Source of the DNA: Acidobacteriota bacterium
Lineage (GTDB): Bacteria; Acidobacteriota; UBA6911
Reading direction: 5' to 3'
NCBI GenBank assembly: GCA_963664705.1
Contig: OY761556.1
Coordinates: 2,176,001-2,240,000, forward strand
Length of the DNA stretch: 64,000 nt
Shown here: positions 36,694 through 47,307 of the stretch, in pieces
How the letters are laid out: every line of letters starts with the position of its first letter
How positions within the stretch are numbered: the first letter of the stretch is position 1
Made by a program: the position numbers and the translations under genes
The notes under the pieces: generated by a model
Seen by the model: only the letters and a program-made list of their open reading frames with translations
Databases searched by the model: none
Told to the model about the DNA's origin: nothing

Positions 36694-39435
36694 CTAGCGG
36701 GATGGGGCGCCCGGCTTCTTATTCAGTTGATCCAGAACGCTTCCCAACCGCTTGATTTCCTCGCCATATTTCGCCCAGTCTCCCTGCCTCTGCGCCTGAA
36801 TTGCGCGATCATAGGCCTCCCGGGCCTCCCGGAGCAGTGTCCCATTTCCGCCCGGAACCACGGCTTCCGTCTGGGCCGGGGCGGAGGCAGCGGACGCGGC
36901 AGTTCCGCTGCCGGCTGACTCTTCGGGCACAACGCTGTTGAAAATTTTGCCTATGGCAGCTTCGAGCGTCTCTTCCATCGCTATTTTGTTTTCGTAAGCA
37001 ACCACCACACGCTTCAGTTCAGGAATCTTTCCGCTCTCCGAACGAAGATACAGCGGCCGCACATAGAGCAGTCCCTCTTCAATGGGGATAACCAGCAACT
37101 GTCCCTGTATGACCTGGGAACCGCGCTGATCCCAAAGCGAAATCTGCCGCGAGATTTCGGCATCCTGATTGATGCGGGCGACAATCTGCCGCGGCCCGTA
37201 CACAAGCTTCTGTTTCGGGAAAGTGTAGACGAGCAGCTTCCCATAGTTATCGCCATCGCTCCGGGCAACCATCCAGGCAGACAGGTTGTCTTTTCTATCC
37301 GGAGTGAATGGAAGCATGAGGATGAATTCCTCCTGCTTTTCCTGCGGCAGCCGCATGATGGTGTAATACGGGGCCATGGAATTTTCGCCGCCGCCGCCCG
37401 AGATCACGGGAATCTGCCATTTATCTTCTTTGTTATAGAAGATCTGCGGACTGGTCATGTGATAGGTCGCATAGACATAGGTCTGGACTCCGAAAATATC
37501 CTCGGGATAGCGCAGATGACGTTTCAGGTCCGGGGACATTTGCGAGAGCGGCCGGAAGATGCCAGGAAAGATCTTCTGATAAACCTGGATCATCGGATCT
37601 TTTGGATCCGCGATATACATATCCACGCTTCCATTATAGGCATCCATGACTATCTTGACTGAATTCCGAATGTAATTGCCGATTCCGCGGGTTTCGGTGG
37701 AATACGGGTAGCGGTCCGATACGGTGTATCCGTCCTGGATCCAGAACAGCTTGCCCTCCGATACAACGATATAGGGATCGTGATCAAGAACGAGGAACGG
37801 AGCGATCCGGCTGATGCGCGTTTTGACATCGCGGTGATACAGGAATCGGCTCTCGGTGCTGACCAGCGGAGAAAGGACGATATTGGCATCCCTGAAATAA
37901 AGTGCGAACAGGAGCTTGCGCATGAATGAACCGACCGGCACGCCCCCCGTCCCCTGGTAGTTGGTGTATACGTTGGCTTCGCCGGATGGATAATCGAACT
38001 CCTTCTGACCCGATTTGACGATGGCATACCCTCGCGTAAGCTCACCAAAATAAATCTCGGGGCGATCCGTCTTGAATATGGGCGACGAGGAAACCGGCGG
38101 GATATTCTGCACCAGCAATTCCGGCAGGCCTTCGGATGTCATTCGGTTGACCGGCCCGAGCGCAACACCGTATCCGTGCGTATAGCTCAACCGCTCATTG
38201 ATCCAGTTGCGCTCCGGCAGGCTGCCGGAATTCAGCTCGCGCGCGGAAATCATGAATTGCTGCAATTCGTTGTTCAGCAGATAACGATCGTTGTCGACGG
38301 CAATGAAGTCATAGTAAGTGCGGATTTCCTGAATCTGCTTAAGGGCATCGAGAAGCGGTTCGTGATCCCATAGCCGGATGCTGTGAATTGTGGCGATGTT
38401 GTTCTGGATATCCTGCGGGGTGAGATCCTTATCCCCCGATAAATTTCGTTCCTCAACCTGGGAGATGCCATAGGCCTGCAGGCTGAAATCGATATTATGC
38501 TGAATCTGCGGAGCCTCTTTCCCGAGTTCATTGGGAGACACGATAAACTTCTGGATCAATGCCGGATAAAAATTCCCAGCAAACATCACTACCAGGTACA
38601 GGGCAATAGCCAGGATTCCCGGCCGATTCCCGGAGGCAAAGGCATTGGCGATCCACAGCACCGCACCAACGACCGCCGTTCCGGCCAGCAGTGAAAGCAT
38701 GGGCAGCCGCGCATGCAGGTCGGCGTAATTGGCTCCGGTGAACACGCCATGATCCCCGAACAGGATTTCATAGCGATCCAGGTAAGCACTGACAGCCAGC
38801 AACAGGAAAACAAGAGCGGCGAGGACCGAAATATGAACGCCGGTCCGGTTGCCTCGCATGGCATCGCGCATCTTCCGCCAGGACAGCGTGCCCTTAAAAT
38901 AATAAAGAACCACCACACCGATCAGGGCCACAAAGGCCAGGAGCAAGCCCATCCGGACGAGGTCATCAAAGAAAGGCAGCGAAAAGAAATAAAAGGACAC
39001 ATCCTTGGAAAACACAGGATCCGTGGTCCCGAAAGGAACACGATTCATCCACCGCCAGACCGATTCCCAATTGCCGGCCCCCGCCGTGGCAATCAGCAAC
39101 CCTACACCGGCCGCTACCAGCCCGGCGATACGCTGCACGGTATTCGAGGCGACCGTATAAGCCGTGATCTGGCCGGTCGGGGTCGGGATCCCGATCTGTA
39201 TCAATCCCGGTCCTTTGTTTGCATACAGAAAATTGATGTACAGGAACAGGAAACTAACCAGGAGCAGCCCGGAAGCCAGCATGCTCTTGGCATACAGAGA
39301 CGTCGTGAAAACGGCCGCCTTGCCCAATTCGGCGAACCACAAAAAGTCGAAGTACATCTCCAACGCAAAAGACAAGCCGCCAAACAGCACAAAGAGGGCC
39401 AAGATGATGATCATCAGAGTGATTCTTTTGCGCAT
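36694..39435 (-). CDS. UPF0182 family membrane protein
   Basis: FLWF..LG, DPVFSKDVSFYFFSLP, IRLWD, YTHGYG, NYIRNSVK and RYPEDIF motifs. Confidence 0.92.
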   Translation of the reverse strand: MRKRITLMIIILALFVLFGGLSFALEMYFDFLWFAELGKAAVFTTSLYAKSMLASGLLLVSFLFLYINFLYANKGPGLIQIGIPTPTGQITAYTVASNTVQRIAGLVAAGVGLLIATAGAGNWESVWRWMNRVPFGTTDPVFSKDVSFYFFSLPFFDDLVRMGLLLAFVALIGVVVLYYFKGTLSWRKMRDAMRGNRTGVHISVLAALVFLLLAVSAYLDRYEILFGDHGVFTGANYADLHARLPMLSLLAGTAVVGAVLWIANAFASGNRPGILAIALYLVVMFAGNFYPALIQKFIVSPNELGKEAPQIQHNIDFSLQAYGISQVEERNLSGDKDLTPQDIQNNIATIHSIRLWDHEPLLDALKQIQEIRTYYDFIAVDNDRYLLNNELQQFMISARELNSGSLPERNWINERLSYTHGYGVALGPVNRMTSEGLPELLVQNIPPVSSSPIFKTDRPEIYFGELTRGYAIVKSGQKEFDYPSGEANVYTNYQGTGGVPVGSFMRKLLFALYFRDANIVLSPLVSTESRFLYHRDVKTRISRIAPFLVLDHDPYIVVSEGKLFWIQDGYTVSDRYPYSTETRGIGNYIRNSVKIVMDAYNGSVDMYIADPKDPMIQVYQKIFPGIFRPLSQMSPDLKRHLRYPEDIFGVQTYVYATYHMTSPQIFYNKEDKWQIPVISGGGGENSMAPYYTIMRLPQEKQEEFILMLPFTPDRKDNLSAWMVARSDGDNYGKLLVYTFPKQKLVYGPRQIVARINQDAEISRQISLWDQRGSQVIQGQLLVIPIEEGLLYVRPLYLRSESGKIPELKRVVVAYENKIAMEETLEAAIGKIFNSVVPEESAGSGTAASAASAPAQTEAVVPGGNGTLLREAREAYDRAIQAQRQGDWAKYGEEIKRLGSVLDQLNKKPGAPSR

Positions 39436-39560
39436 GATGCTCCTGTTTGCATAAGCACGGTTAAAATATCGTACACTCACAATTGCCGGATGGGATCATA
39501 CATCAGGTTGTAGGCACATTGGCAACTGGATCATGAATTTGGATCGAGAATCGAAGGCCC

Positions 39561-40178
39561 TTGATTTTGAGGATCAGGCTAAGTATGGTTCAATCTTGTT
39601 TTCAGGATTGTATTCTTCGCAGTAATCTACCGAAAGGACACGCCCCGGTGACAGGCAGCCAACCTGATATTCGCAAGAGGACAGCCAAGCCCACTGCCTC
39701 CAGCAAGATCGTCAAGAAAGTATGGATCAAGGCTTCGAAAGAAGTCGTTTATAGCGCTCTGATAGAGCCGAAAGAGCTCGTCCAGTGGTTTTGCGATCGA
39801 GCTTCCTTGAATCCGTGCGAGGGGGGCGAATTCGTGGCGTCCTGGCGTGGACAAAAGACCGGCCAGAAGGGACGCGCCATCATTAAACAGCTGATCCCTG
39901 GATCAGCGCTCGACCTGCTTTGGACAGACGATGGAAGCGGAGTTCAGGAAAAGGGAGCCAGCCACACTCTGTCCTACGAGATCCAGTCCAAGGCGGAAAT
40001 GACCGTGCTGATCATGACGGACAAGGATGATTCCATCTCCGACGAGGAAACCGTGGAGTTTCTCGACAAGGGTTGGAATTCCGTGCTTCTGGACCTGAAG
40101 GATTACTGCGAACGCAAGGAGCGCACGCTGAAGCTGAAAAACCACCCCGGCTCACAGAGTGAGATCGACTCGGAATGA
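39561..40178 (+). CDS. SRPBCC/AHSA1-like domain protein
   Basis: IKASKEVVYSAL..LVQWF..GG and GWNSVL..LK motifs. Start uncertain. Confidence 0.75.
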   Translation: MILRIRLSMVQSCFQDCILRSNLPKGHAPVTGSQPDIRKRTAKPTASSKIVKKVWIKASKEVVYSALIEPKELVQWFCDRASLNPCEGGEFVASWRGQKTGQKGRAIIKQLIPGSALDLLWTDDGSGVQEKGASHTLSYEIQSKAEMTVLIMTDKDDSISDEETVEFLDKGWNSVLLDLKDYCERKERTLKLKNHPGSQSEIDSE

Positions 40179-40179
40179 C

Positions 40180-40995
40180 ATGGCCAAGGCTCTATCTGTC
40201 CTGCTGCTGTTCCTTTTCCTGAAGCCGCTGCCGGCGGCGGATCTGAAAAGCGCCGCCATTCAGGAATGGAACCGCTATCTGCAATGGGCCAACACAAAAG
40301 TTCAGAAGGAAGAATCTGATCCTGCCCTATTCCTGATACAGAATGCCCTGCCGCCTTCTGAACGGGCGGAGGTCCGGCGCCAGATCGAATCCGGCGGCAT
40401 CTATATCGCCCGAAGAACCGGAGTAATTCCCAAGGGGGGTCATTTCGATGTCCCGGATTCGGAAATCCACCACTGGTGGGGAACGATTCTCCTCAGGAAT
40501 ATAAAGCTGACGCAGTTGCTGGAATTCCTGCAGGATTATGATCACCATGCGGGCAAATTTTCTGAAGTGGAAAAATCACGCCTGATTTCCACAAATGGAA
40601 ACAATTACCGGGTGTATTTTCGCTTTCGACGATCCAAGTCCTTTGTAACCGTTGTCTACAACACAGAGCAGGATTGCGTATACGAAAACCGCGGCGAAGG
40701 GCGAGTTATCAGCAATAGTGTTGCCACAAGAATTGCGGAAGTGGAAAATCCCGGGACTCCATCCGAAAGGGAAAAGCCCATCGGACGCGATAGCGGATAC
40801 CTCTGGCGGCTTGTGAGCTGGTGGAGATATGAACAGCGTGGCAGCGACGTGGTCGTCGAACTGGAATCGGCGAGCCTGAGCAGGGATATCCCGCTCGTGG
40901 TCAATTTTATCCCCGGCCTCAGCCATTACATCCGATCAACGCCCAGGGAATCGCTCGAATCTGTTCTGGCCAGTGTTCGACAGTATGCGAAGTGA
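40180..40995 (+). CDS. Secreted hypothetical protein (possibly START-like fold)
   Basis: Signal peptide; IHHWWG, QDYD, GYLWRLVSWWRY and ESASLSRDIP segments. Confidence 0.65.
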   Translation: MAKALSVLLLFLFLKPLPAADLKSAAIQEWNRYLQWANTKVQKEESDPALFLIQNALPPSERAEVRRQIESGGIYIARRTGVIPKGGHFDVPDSEIHHWWGTILLRNIKLTQLLEFLQDYDHHAGKFSEVEKSRLISTNGNNYRVYFRFRRSKSFVTVVYNTEQDCVYENRGEGRVISNSVATRIAEVENPGTPSEREKPIGRDSGYLWRLVSWWRYEQRGSDVVVELESASLSRDIPLVVNFIPGLSHYIRSTPRESLESVLASVRQYAK

Positions 40996-41147
40996 CGTTG
41001 CCAGGGCTCGGACCGTCGGACGTAGTGCTTCCACAAAAAGCGCCACGAATTTCACGAACGGGTTTGTTATCGCCCCGCTGCGACCGCCGGTGTCTCGCCG
41101 GCAAGAACGCGGCTACTTCCATGGCACGGATGACGCTCCAGTAGAAT

Positions 41148-41837
41148 CTATTTTGTCCTGGTCGGACTGATTCGCGTCAATTCATCCAGGAATATCTTTG
41201 CATCCTTTGGAACCGAATCGGATTGGTACATCAGAAGATTCCGCGGCTCAACCGGTTTCCCATAGAGTGTCTCATTCGACGATTTATCCGGACGAATGGT
41301 TCCACCCTTGATCACCAGGCCGCCAAACAGGCCGCGCGAACGCGCATAGGCAAGAATTTTCGCGGACATCCACGCGTCGGTTTCTGCCGCGGCCGTCCTG
41401 CCCACCGGGCCGGCTGCCACGGAAGCGTCTCCCCCTAATGTGAATTTGCTATCGAGCAGGCTTTCGAGTCCCGAGAGATTCATAATCACAAGAACCAGGT
41501 CGACGGACTGCGCACCAATCTGCAATCCGAAGCTTCCGCCTTCCAGCCGGAACATGGACGGAGCGCTCCAGGGTCCATCTCCACGGTTGGTTCGGCAGGA
41601 CATCAGCCCGCGGCCATAATTCGCGCCGAAAATAAACCCTCCCTTTTTCATGCCGGGGATCACGGCAACGCACACGCTCTTGTTGAGCAGATCGGTGGGA
41701 ATACCACTGTCCGGAGCATCGTGGATTTCGCGCAGTACAATCGCTCCGCGCACCACGCGGTCATTTACGGGGTTTCCGGCAACCACGAGAGAAGGAATCA
41801 ACAGTCCGAATGCAACCAGAAACAGTAGTTTCTTCAC
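41148..41837 (-). CDS. Ysc84/SYLF lipid-binding domain protein
   Basis: KGGFIFGANYGRG, WSAP, GGSFGLQIG, AAGPVGR and YARSRGLFGG motifs. Confidence 0.9.
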   Translation of the reverse strand: MKKLLFLVAFGLLIPSLVVAGNPVNDRVVRGAIVLREIHDAPDSGIPTDLLNKSVCVAVIPGMKKGGFIFGANYGRGLMSCRTNRGDGPWSAPSMFRLEGGSFGLQIGAQSVDLVLVIMNLSGLESLLDSKFTLGGDASVAAGPVGRTAAAETDAWMSAKILAYARSRGLFGGLVIKGGTIRPDKSSNETLYGKPVEPRNLLMYQSDSVPKDAKIFLDELTRISPTRTK

Positions 41838-41966
41838 GGCGCCTCCTGAACGCATCACAAAAGTGAATAAAACAATAGGGTACCACACGAGGATTGCACA
41901 TCAACCCGGAAGACACGAAGGCTCAAAGCACATCTTTGAGCCCGGATCGGTTGAGAACAGATTCAA

Positions 41967-42995
41967 TTAGGCCGGGGCCTGGCAGGGTTTCTTGGCCTTG
42001 GATTTGAAGGAGAAGAACTCGGAAACGTTTTCGCGCAACAGCTGCGGGAATGGCTTGTCCAGATAAGAACGTATCGAGACATAGCATTGGTCGCAAGTGT
42101 TGTTCTGCGTGAATTCCCGGACCATGCGATCCTGTTCATGCAATCCATAGCGCTTGAATTGCATGGAGCAGGGCTGCAAGGCGCCGTCGCTGGTAACGAC
42201 GAGCCAGCGCAACCCGGCTTTGCACGAAGGGGCTCCGCCCTTGCGGAAATATTCCTGCGTGGAATCCAGTGTCGTTTCGTTATTTGTGATCCAATGGGAC
42301 TCGTTCATGCGCGCCTTCAACTGTCTGAGACCGTGATCGAGTGCGCGCTGCTGTTCTTCCGTTGTGATGAAATAATCCCTGCAACCCGTACGGCGGGGAG
42401 AATAGGCGCTGAAATTGATGTTGACGCCCCATTCCTTGGCCTTATCCGCGCAGCCATTGATTTCATTTACATTCCAGGCTGTAATGCAGTTGTTCATGAC
42501 GATGTCGTCATAGCCCAGCGCCGAGACCTGGGGAACCACCTCGCTCAAATGTTTGTACAGACCGGGAAGTCCGCGGAAGTCATCATGGCGCTCATCCGGA
42601 AAATCGAGACTTACGCAGAATTCATCGATACCGGCTTCCCTCAGTTCAAGATAGAGATCCTTGGTCATATGCGACCAGTTCGATACCAGGATTGTATAGG
42701 GAGTTCCCGACTGCCACTTGATATTGCGAACGACCTCGGTCAGATCTTCACGCATCAACGGCTCGCCTCCGGAGACCTGGACAACGCAGGGACGCAACAC
42801 TTCCATGTATTTCCGGTATTCCGCAGGCTTCAGATCCTTGGACATATCCCTGGGTCCGCCGTGATCACAGTGCTTGCAATAAGCGGTACAGGAGTCCGTA
42901 ACCTCAAAAGAGACAACAATGGGCCGCTGCGCCAGCCAATTTAAAGATCCTTGAGCAATGATCCGTAATGACTCTCCCAACGGCACTCGACGCAT
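41967..42995 (-). CDS. Radical SAM protein with C-terminal SPASM/twitch-like cysteines
   Basis: CTAYCKHC, SGGEPL, HDDFRG and CKAG..PC..CDQC motifs. Confidence 0.88.
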   Translation of the reverse strand: MRRVPLGESLRIIAQGSLNWLAQRPIVVSFEVTDSCTAYCKHCDHGGPRDMSKDLKPAEYRKYMEVLRPCVVQVSGGEPLMREDLTEVVRNIKWQSGTPYTILVSNWSHMTKDLYLELREAGIDEFCVSLDFPDERHDDFRGLPGLYKHLSEVVPQVSALGYDDIVMNNCITAWNVNEINGCADKAKEWGVNINFSAYSPRRTGCRDYFITTEEQQRALDHGLRQLKARMNESHWITNNETTLDSTQEYFRKGGAPSCKAGLRWLVVTSDGALQPCSMQFKRYGLHEQDRMVREFTQNNTCDQCYVSIRSYLDKPFPQLLRENVSEFFSFKSKAKKPCQAPA

Positions 42996-43239
42996 GCACT
43001 CTCTCCTTTTGGTTTTAATAGACAGAGGATCGTAACAGATCCTCACGCAGGAATGCAAGCTTGTATGACAATCGTCGCTCAGAATTCAGGAGTCAGAAAT
43101 CAGAATCAAAATATCCCTTGTTCTTGATGCCAGAGATTTTGTTCGAGGATCCTGACTGACCGAAGTGATTTTGTTGCCATTCTCCCTCCTGACTCCGGAC
43201 GCGGCAATTGGTAGAGTTACAGATGAGAGGAGTGTGACG

Positions 43240-43710
43240 ATGGACGCAAAAGCTGAAGCTGAACAGAAAAAAGCAGAAGAACCCAAGAAGTTTTCCATAT
43301 CGCTCGAATCTATTCAGGACTACGAATTCCGCGTGAAGTTTGATCCAACCCAGATCCCGGACATTGTCATCGATGAGCCCATACCGCTGGGACACGACAA
43401 AGGCCCGGACCCGGCTCGTCTTCTCGCATCGGCCGTCGGCGGGTGTCTGAGCGCCAGCCTGCTGTTTTGCGCACGAAAACTGCGCCTGGATGTGCGGGGG
43501 GTGCATACGGACGTTACGGTAACCCATACACGCAACGAGAAGGGACGGTTGCGTATCGGCAAAATCGATGTGGAGATCGATCCGACCATCGGGGAGCCGG
43601 ACGAAGGGAAACTGCAGAGATGTCTCGATCTGTATGAAGATTTCTGCGTGGTAACGCAGAGCGTTCGCAAAGGACTGGATGTTTCCGTGAACGTAAAAAA
43701 GAACTCCTGA
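43240..43710 (+). CDS. OsmC-like protein
   Basis: DEP..LG..GPDP..LL..A.GGCL and FCVVTQSVRKG motifs. Confidence 0.85.
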   Translation: MDAKAEAEQKKAEEPKKFSISLESIQDYEFRVKFDPTQIPDIVIDEPIPLGHDKGPDPARLLASAVGGCLSASLLFCARKLRLDVRGVHTDVTVTHTRNEKGRLRIGKIDVEIDPTIGEPDEGKLQRCLDLYEDFCVVTQSVRKGLDVSVNVKKNS

Positions 43711-43735
43711 CTCCGGTCACTTCTGACAACTTACT

Positions 43736-44536
43736 ATGCTGATCATCTTCATCATCGGGATTCTGGTTGGAGCGTTCGGCGCATTGCTGGGAATCGGTGG
43801 CGGAGTGTTGCTGATACCCCTGCTGACCGGACTTTTGGGCGTTCCGATCAAGACTGCCATCGGAACGAGCATCCTCTGCGTTATCGCCACCTCCTGTGCG
43901 GCGGGGGCTGTCTACGTCGGACGCGGGCTTACCCATAACAAGCTGGCGATGGTGCTGGAGATGGCGACGACAGCGGGGGCGCTGACCGGCGGCATAACCG
44001 CCATTGTGATCAGCCCTCACCTGCTCTCCCTGATTTTTGGCCTTATCCTGCTGTATGTGGCCTACAGTATGCAAAAGCTTCCGCGGGAGGATCAGGATGT
44101 TTCGCCGACGGGTCTGCTGGACACAAGTTATGTGGATCCACGCACAGGCAACATGGTCAGCTATGGCGTTCGCAATCTTCCGGCCGGCATGGGCTCCAGT
44201 TTCCTGGCCGGAAACGTCTCGGGACTTTTGGGAATCGGCGGGGGGATCATCAAAGTTCCCATTATGAGCCTGGTGATGGGAGTGCCGCTGCGTGCTTCTA
44301 TTGCGACCAGCAACTTCATGATAGGGATCACGGCGGCGACAAGCGCGATCATCTACTATTCCCGAAGCCTTATCGATCCAACGATTGCCATCCCCACAGC
44401 CCTTGGCGTTCTTGCGGGAGCTCAGATAGGAACGCGCCTGGGGGCGCGGCTGCGAAGCCAGAAGCTCAAACTGGTATTTCAGTTGCTCCTGCTCCTATTC
44501 GCGGTCCAGATGGTTTACCAGGCAATGAGAGGCTGA
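43736..44536 (+). CDS. TauE/SafE sulfite exporter family permease
   Basis: Duplicated GLLGIGGG motif; AIGTS/IATS. Confidence 0.9.
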   Translation: MLIIFIIGILVGAFGALLGIGGGVLLIPLLTGLLGVPIKTAIGTSILCVIATSCAAGAVYVGRGLTHNKLAMVLEMATTAGALTGGITAIVISPHLLSLIFGLILLYVAYSMQKLPREDQDVSPTGLLDTSYVDPRTGNMVSYGVRNLPAGMGSSFLAGNVSGLLGIGGGIIKVPIMSLVMGVPLRASIATSNFMIGITAATSAIIYYSRSLIDPTIAIPTALGVLAGAQIGTRLGARLRSQKLKLVFQLLLLLFAVQMVYQAMRG

Positions 44537-44537
44537 C

Positions 44538-44999
44538 ATGCGGAAGGGCAAAGGTTTGTCGGTTCCAGTGGCGCGGGAGAACGGGAATCCCGACCAATCG
44601 GTGGATGTTGCCGAGCCAATCGGCATATTAGAAATTGCAATCGATTCTGAAGAAGAGGCCAACGCACGGCGGGAACTCAATGATGTCGTCCACAAAATGC
44701 TGCTTCTCGGGCTGATCCTCAGCACCGCAATTCTCTTCGCAGGCCTGGCATTGAGCGGGATTAAGCATCAGCCTATTCCATCCCATGTGTCCGATTTTAG
44801 CGCGCTCTATCAAGGATTGAAGACGTTATCTCCTCCAAGCGTCCTGAGCCTGGGGATCCTGTTGTTGATTGCTACGCCCGTGCTGCGCGTCTTCGGGTCG
44901 CTCGTGGAGTTTGTTTTGAAAAGAGACTGGCATTTTGCTTTGATCACCGCAGTAGTTCTGGGCATTCTGGGCATCAGCCTTTTCTATGGGCAAGGTTAG
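44538..44999 (+). CDS. DUF1634 family membrane protein
   Basis: LGILLLIATPVLRV..F...RD motif; typical partner of TauE-family genes. Confidence 0.8.
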   Translation: MRKGKGLSVPVARENGNPDQSVDVAEPIGILEIAIDSEEEANARRELNDVVHKMLLLGLILSTAILFAGLALSGIKHQPIPSHVSDFSALYQGLKTLSPPSVLSLGILLLIATPVLRVFGSLVEFVLKRDWHFALITAVVLGILGISLFYGQG

Positions 45000-45062
45000 A
45001 CATCCCCCGCATTTGCCCGCGATCATCCCCCCAAGGCTTTGTTTTACTCCGGGGAGGAAACC

Positions 45063-46121
45063 GTGGAGAATCAGAAAAACGACCGGCGTGAGCTGGAAAT
45101 CTTTTACGAAATCACGCGGGACATTAATGACGGTTTGAGCCAGCAAGCCGTCCTCGATTCCATGCTGGGTCGCATTGTGGTGGACCTGGGATACAAAGCA
45201 GCCACCCTGCGCCTGCTGGATGAGGAAAGGCGGACGCTCAGGCTGAAAGCGTTTTATGGATTAAGCACGATATATTTATCCAAGGGGGATGTGGATCTCG
45301 ACAAAAGCGGCATCGATCGGGCTGTTCTGGCCGGCCGCATCACCGCCATACGGGATGTCAAAACCGAGAGCGGATTCCAGTATTGCAAGGCAGCAGAGGG
45401 AGAAGGACTGACCAGCATGCTTGCCGTGCCTTTGGTTCTTCATGGAAGTGCCATCGGAGTGCTGCACGTTTACACGAAGGAAGCGCACGATTTCGGCGAG
45501 GACGAGCAGGCATTCCTTTCCGGCATCGCCACGCTCGGCGCGCAGGCCATCCGTCGCACTCATTGCTTTGAAGCCTTTCACCGCATTGCGCACCAGGTGA
45601 ATTCAAGCCTGGAAGTGATGCAGGTATTGAGAACGCTGCTGCTGGAATCGGTGAAGGAACTGAATGTGCGCGCCGGCTCGATTCGATTGCTCGGGCCGCG
45701 GAAGAGGATTCTGCATCTCGCCGCTTCCTATGGACTCAGCGAAGAGTATCTGAAAAAAGGCGAAATTGAACTGGCCCAGAGCCCGGTGGATCGGAAGGTG
45801 GTCGAGGAAGCGCGTCCCGTTGCTATTTCGGATATCGGCAGCGAAATCGGGTTCCAATATGTTCGCGAGGCGGAACGGGAGGGCATTCGTTCCGTCCTGG
45901 TGATTCCACTGCTGCGACAGGACAAAGCCATCGGCATCATGCGCCTGTATTCGGGACAGGTGCGTCGCTTTGCTCCCGAGGAGATCAGCCTGGCTGATGC
46001 AGTCGCGGATCTCGGAGCCGTAGCCATCGACAACGCGCGCTTGCACGAAATGCTTAAAGACAGGCTGGAAGCGCTGAAAGAGGACTCAGACGGCTGGTAT
46101 CGGTTCCTGTCGATGGGGTGA
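45063..46121 (+). CDS. Tandem GAF-domain protein without an output domain
   Basis: Two homologous halves (YGLS..YL.KG, S.L..PL, IG.L..Y); GGAGGA RBS before GTG. Confidence 0.85.
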   Translation: MENQKNDRRELEIFYEITRDINDGLSQQAVLDSMLGRIVVDLGYKAATLRLLDEERRTLRLKAFYGLSTIYLSKGDVDLDKSGIDRAVLAGRITAIRDVKTESGFQYCKAAEGEGLTSMLAVPLVLHGSAIGVLHVYTKEAHDFGEDEQAFLSGIATLGAQAIRRTHCFEAFHRIAHQVNSSLEVMQVLRTLLLESVKELNVRAGSIRLLGPRKRILHLAASYGLSEEYLKKGEIELAQSPVDRKVVEEARPVAISDIGSEIGFQYVREAEREGIRSVLVIPLLRQDKAIGIMRLYSGQVRRFAPEEISLADAVADLGAVAIDNARLHEMLKDRLEALKEDSDGWYRFLSMG

Positions 46122-46315
46122 GGGTGGATTCGCGGAGAACGCCACCGTCCCGCCTAATGCCATTTACCTTTTTTCGAGGGGGGGGCTTTCGCCCCTTCAG
46201 CAGCCCGCCCACCGGTGGTGTTCCAAACATCAAGGGAACTCGATTTATTTTTTGCTTTTTCTCTGTTTAGTTAAATACTTGGAACAAATATAGTTATGAT
46301 TCCCGATTTGCATCG

Positions 46316-46403
46316 AGCGCCTTAGGAGGGCTCTTTTGATCCCCGAACCTAACCCCGGGCTCGCAAGCTCGCCCGGGGCTACTATCTATCGCGCCTCCGG
46401 CGC
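46316..46403. repeat. Single REP-like three-hairpin unit
   Basis: GAGCGCC..GGGCTC, CCCCGGGC..GCCCGGGGCTAC and GCGCCTCCGGCGC, the same layout as 34144-34231. Confidence 0.65.
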
Positions 46404-46502
46404 TGGATCTTTGTTCCATCAGAGTGTCTCGCCGACAAGGAGCGTGGCCGCTTGCATGGCGCTGATGCCGCCGGGACGACGCCGGTCCCGGCGGAACCCC
46501 AA

Positions 46503-47273
46503 TCATTTCCCCCGGTTCAATTCATAGATGATCTTCAAGCCCTGAAGCGTCAGCCACGGCTCGATGATATCGATGCTTGCGGTTTCCTTGGCAATGAATT
46601 CCACAAATGAGCCGGTGCCGATGGTTTTCATATCCGGTCCGAGTTCGGCGCGAAATCGCGCAACCATTCCATCCACAAGCCCGACATACCCGTAAAGCAA
46701 TCCCGACTGCAGCGAATGTACGGTATTCCGCCCGATTGCGGAGGGCGGCCGGGTAATCTCGACGCGTGGAAGTTTGGCGGCGCGCCGGAAGAGGGCATCG
46801 GACGAGATACCGATGCCCGGGGCGATGGCTCCGCCCAGGTATTCTCCGCTCGCGGATATTGCATCAAAAATGGTTGCGGTGCCGAAATCCACGATGCAGG
46901 CAGGTCCGCTGTGGATGCGTCGCACGGCCGCGGCATTGACCACACGGTCCGCACCCACCTGCTTCGGATCCTCATACCGCAGCGGGATCCCCGTTTTGGT
47001 TCCGGCATCCACCACGAGCGGAGCGGTATTCAGGTAGTCGCGGCATGCGCGTTCGAAGGTTCCGGTCAGTGGCGGCACGACCGAGGCGATGGCGATTTCG
47101 TTAATTTCATTGGAACCGACCCCGACGCTCTCCAGCAGTTGCACCAGGAAAATCCCATATTCATCGGCGGTGCGTTCATTGTCAGAGGCAAGGCGCCATC
47201 GCGGACCAAGCTTCTCGGATTTGTACAGACCGATGGTAATGCTTGTGTTCCCAATATCCACTACCAGCAGCAT
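46503..47273 (-). CDS. coaX: Type III pantothenate kinase
   Basis: DIGNT, SVVP, GADR, VDFGTAT and GGAIAPG motifs. Confidence 0.95.
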   Translation of the reverse strand: MLLVVDIGNTSITIGLYKSEKLGPRWRLASDNERTADEYGIFLVQLLESVGVGSNEINEIAIASVVPPLTGTFERACRDYLNTAPLVVDAGTKTGIPLRYEDPKQVGADRVVNAAAVRRIHSGPACIVDFGTATIFDAISASGEYLGGAIAPGIGISSDALFRRAAKLPRVEITRPPSAIGRNTVHSLQSGLLYGYVGLVDGMVARFRAELGPDMKTIGTGSFVEFIAKETASIDIIEPWLTLQGLKIIYELNRGK

Positions 47274-47307
47274 AGTCCCTCCGCTTTTCGTTTTGTGCCC
47301 TGATTTC

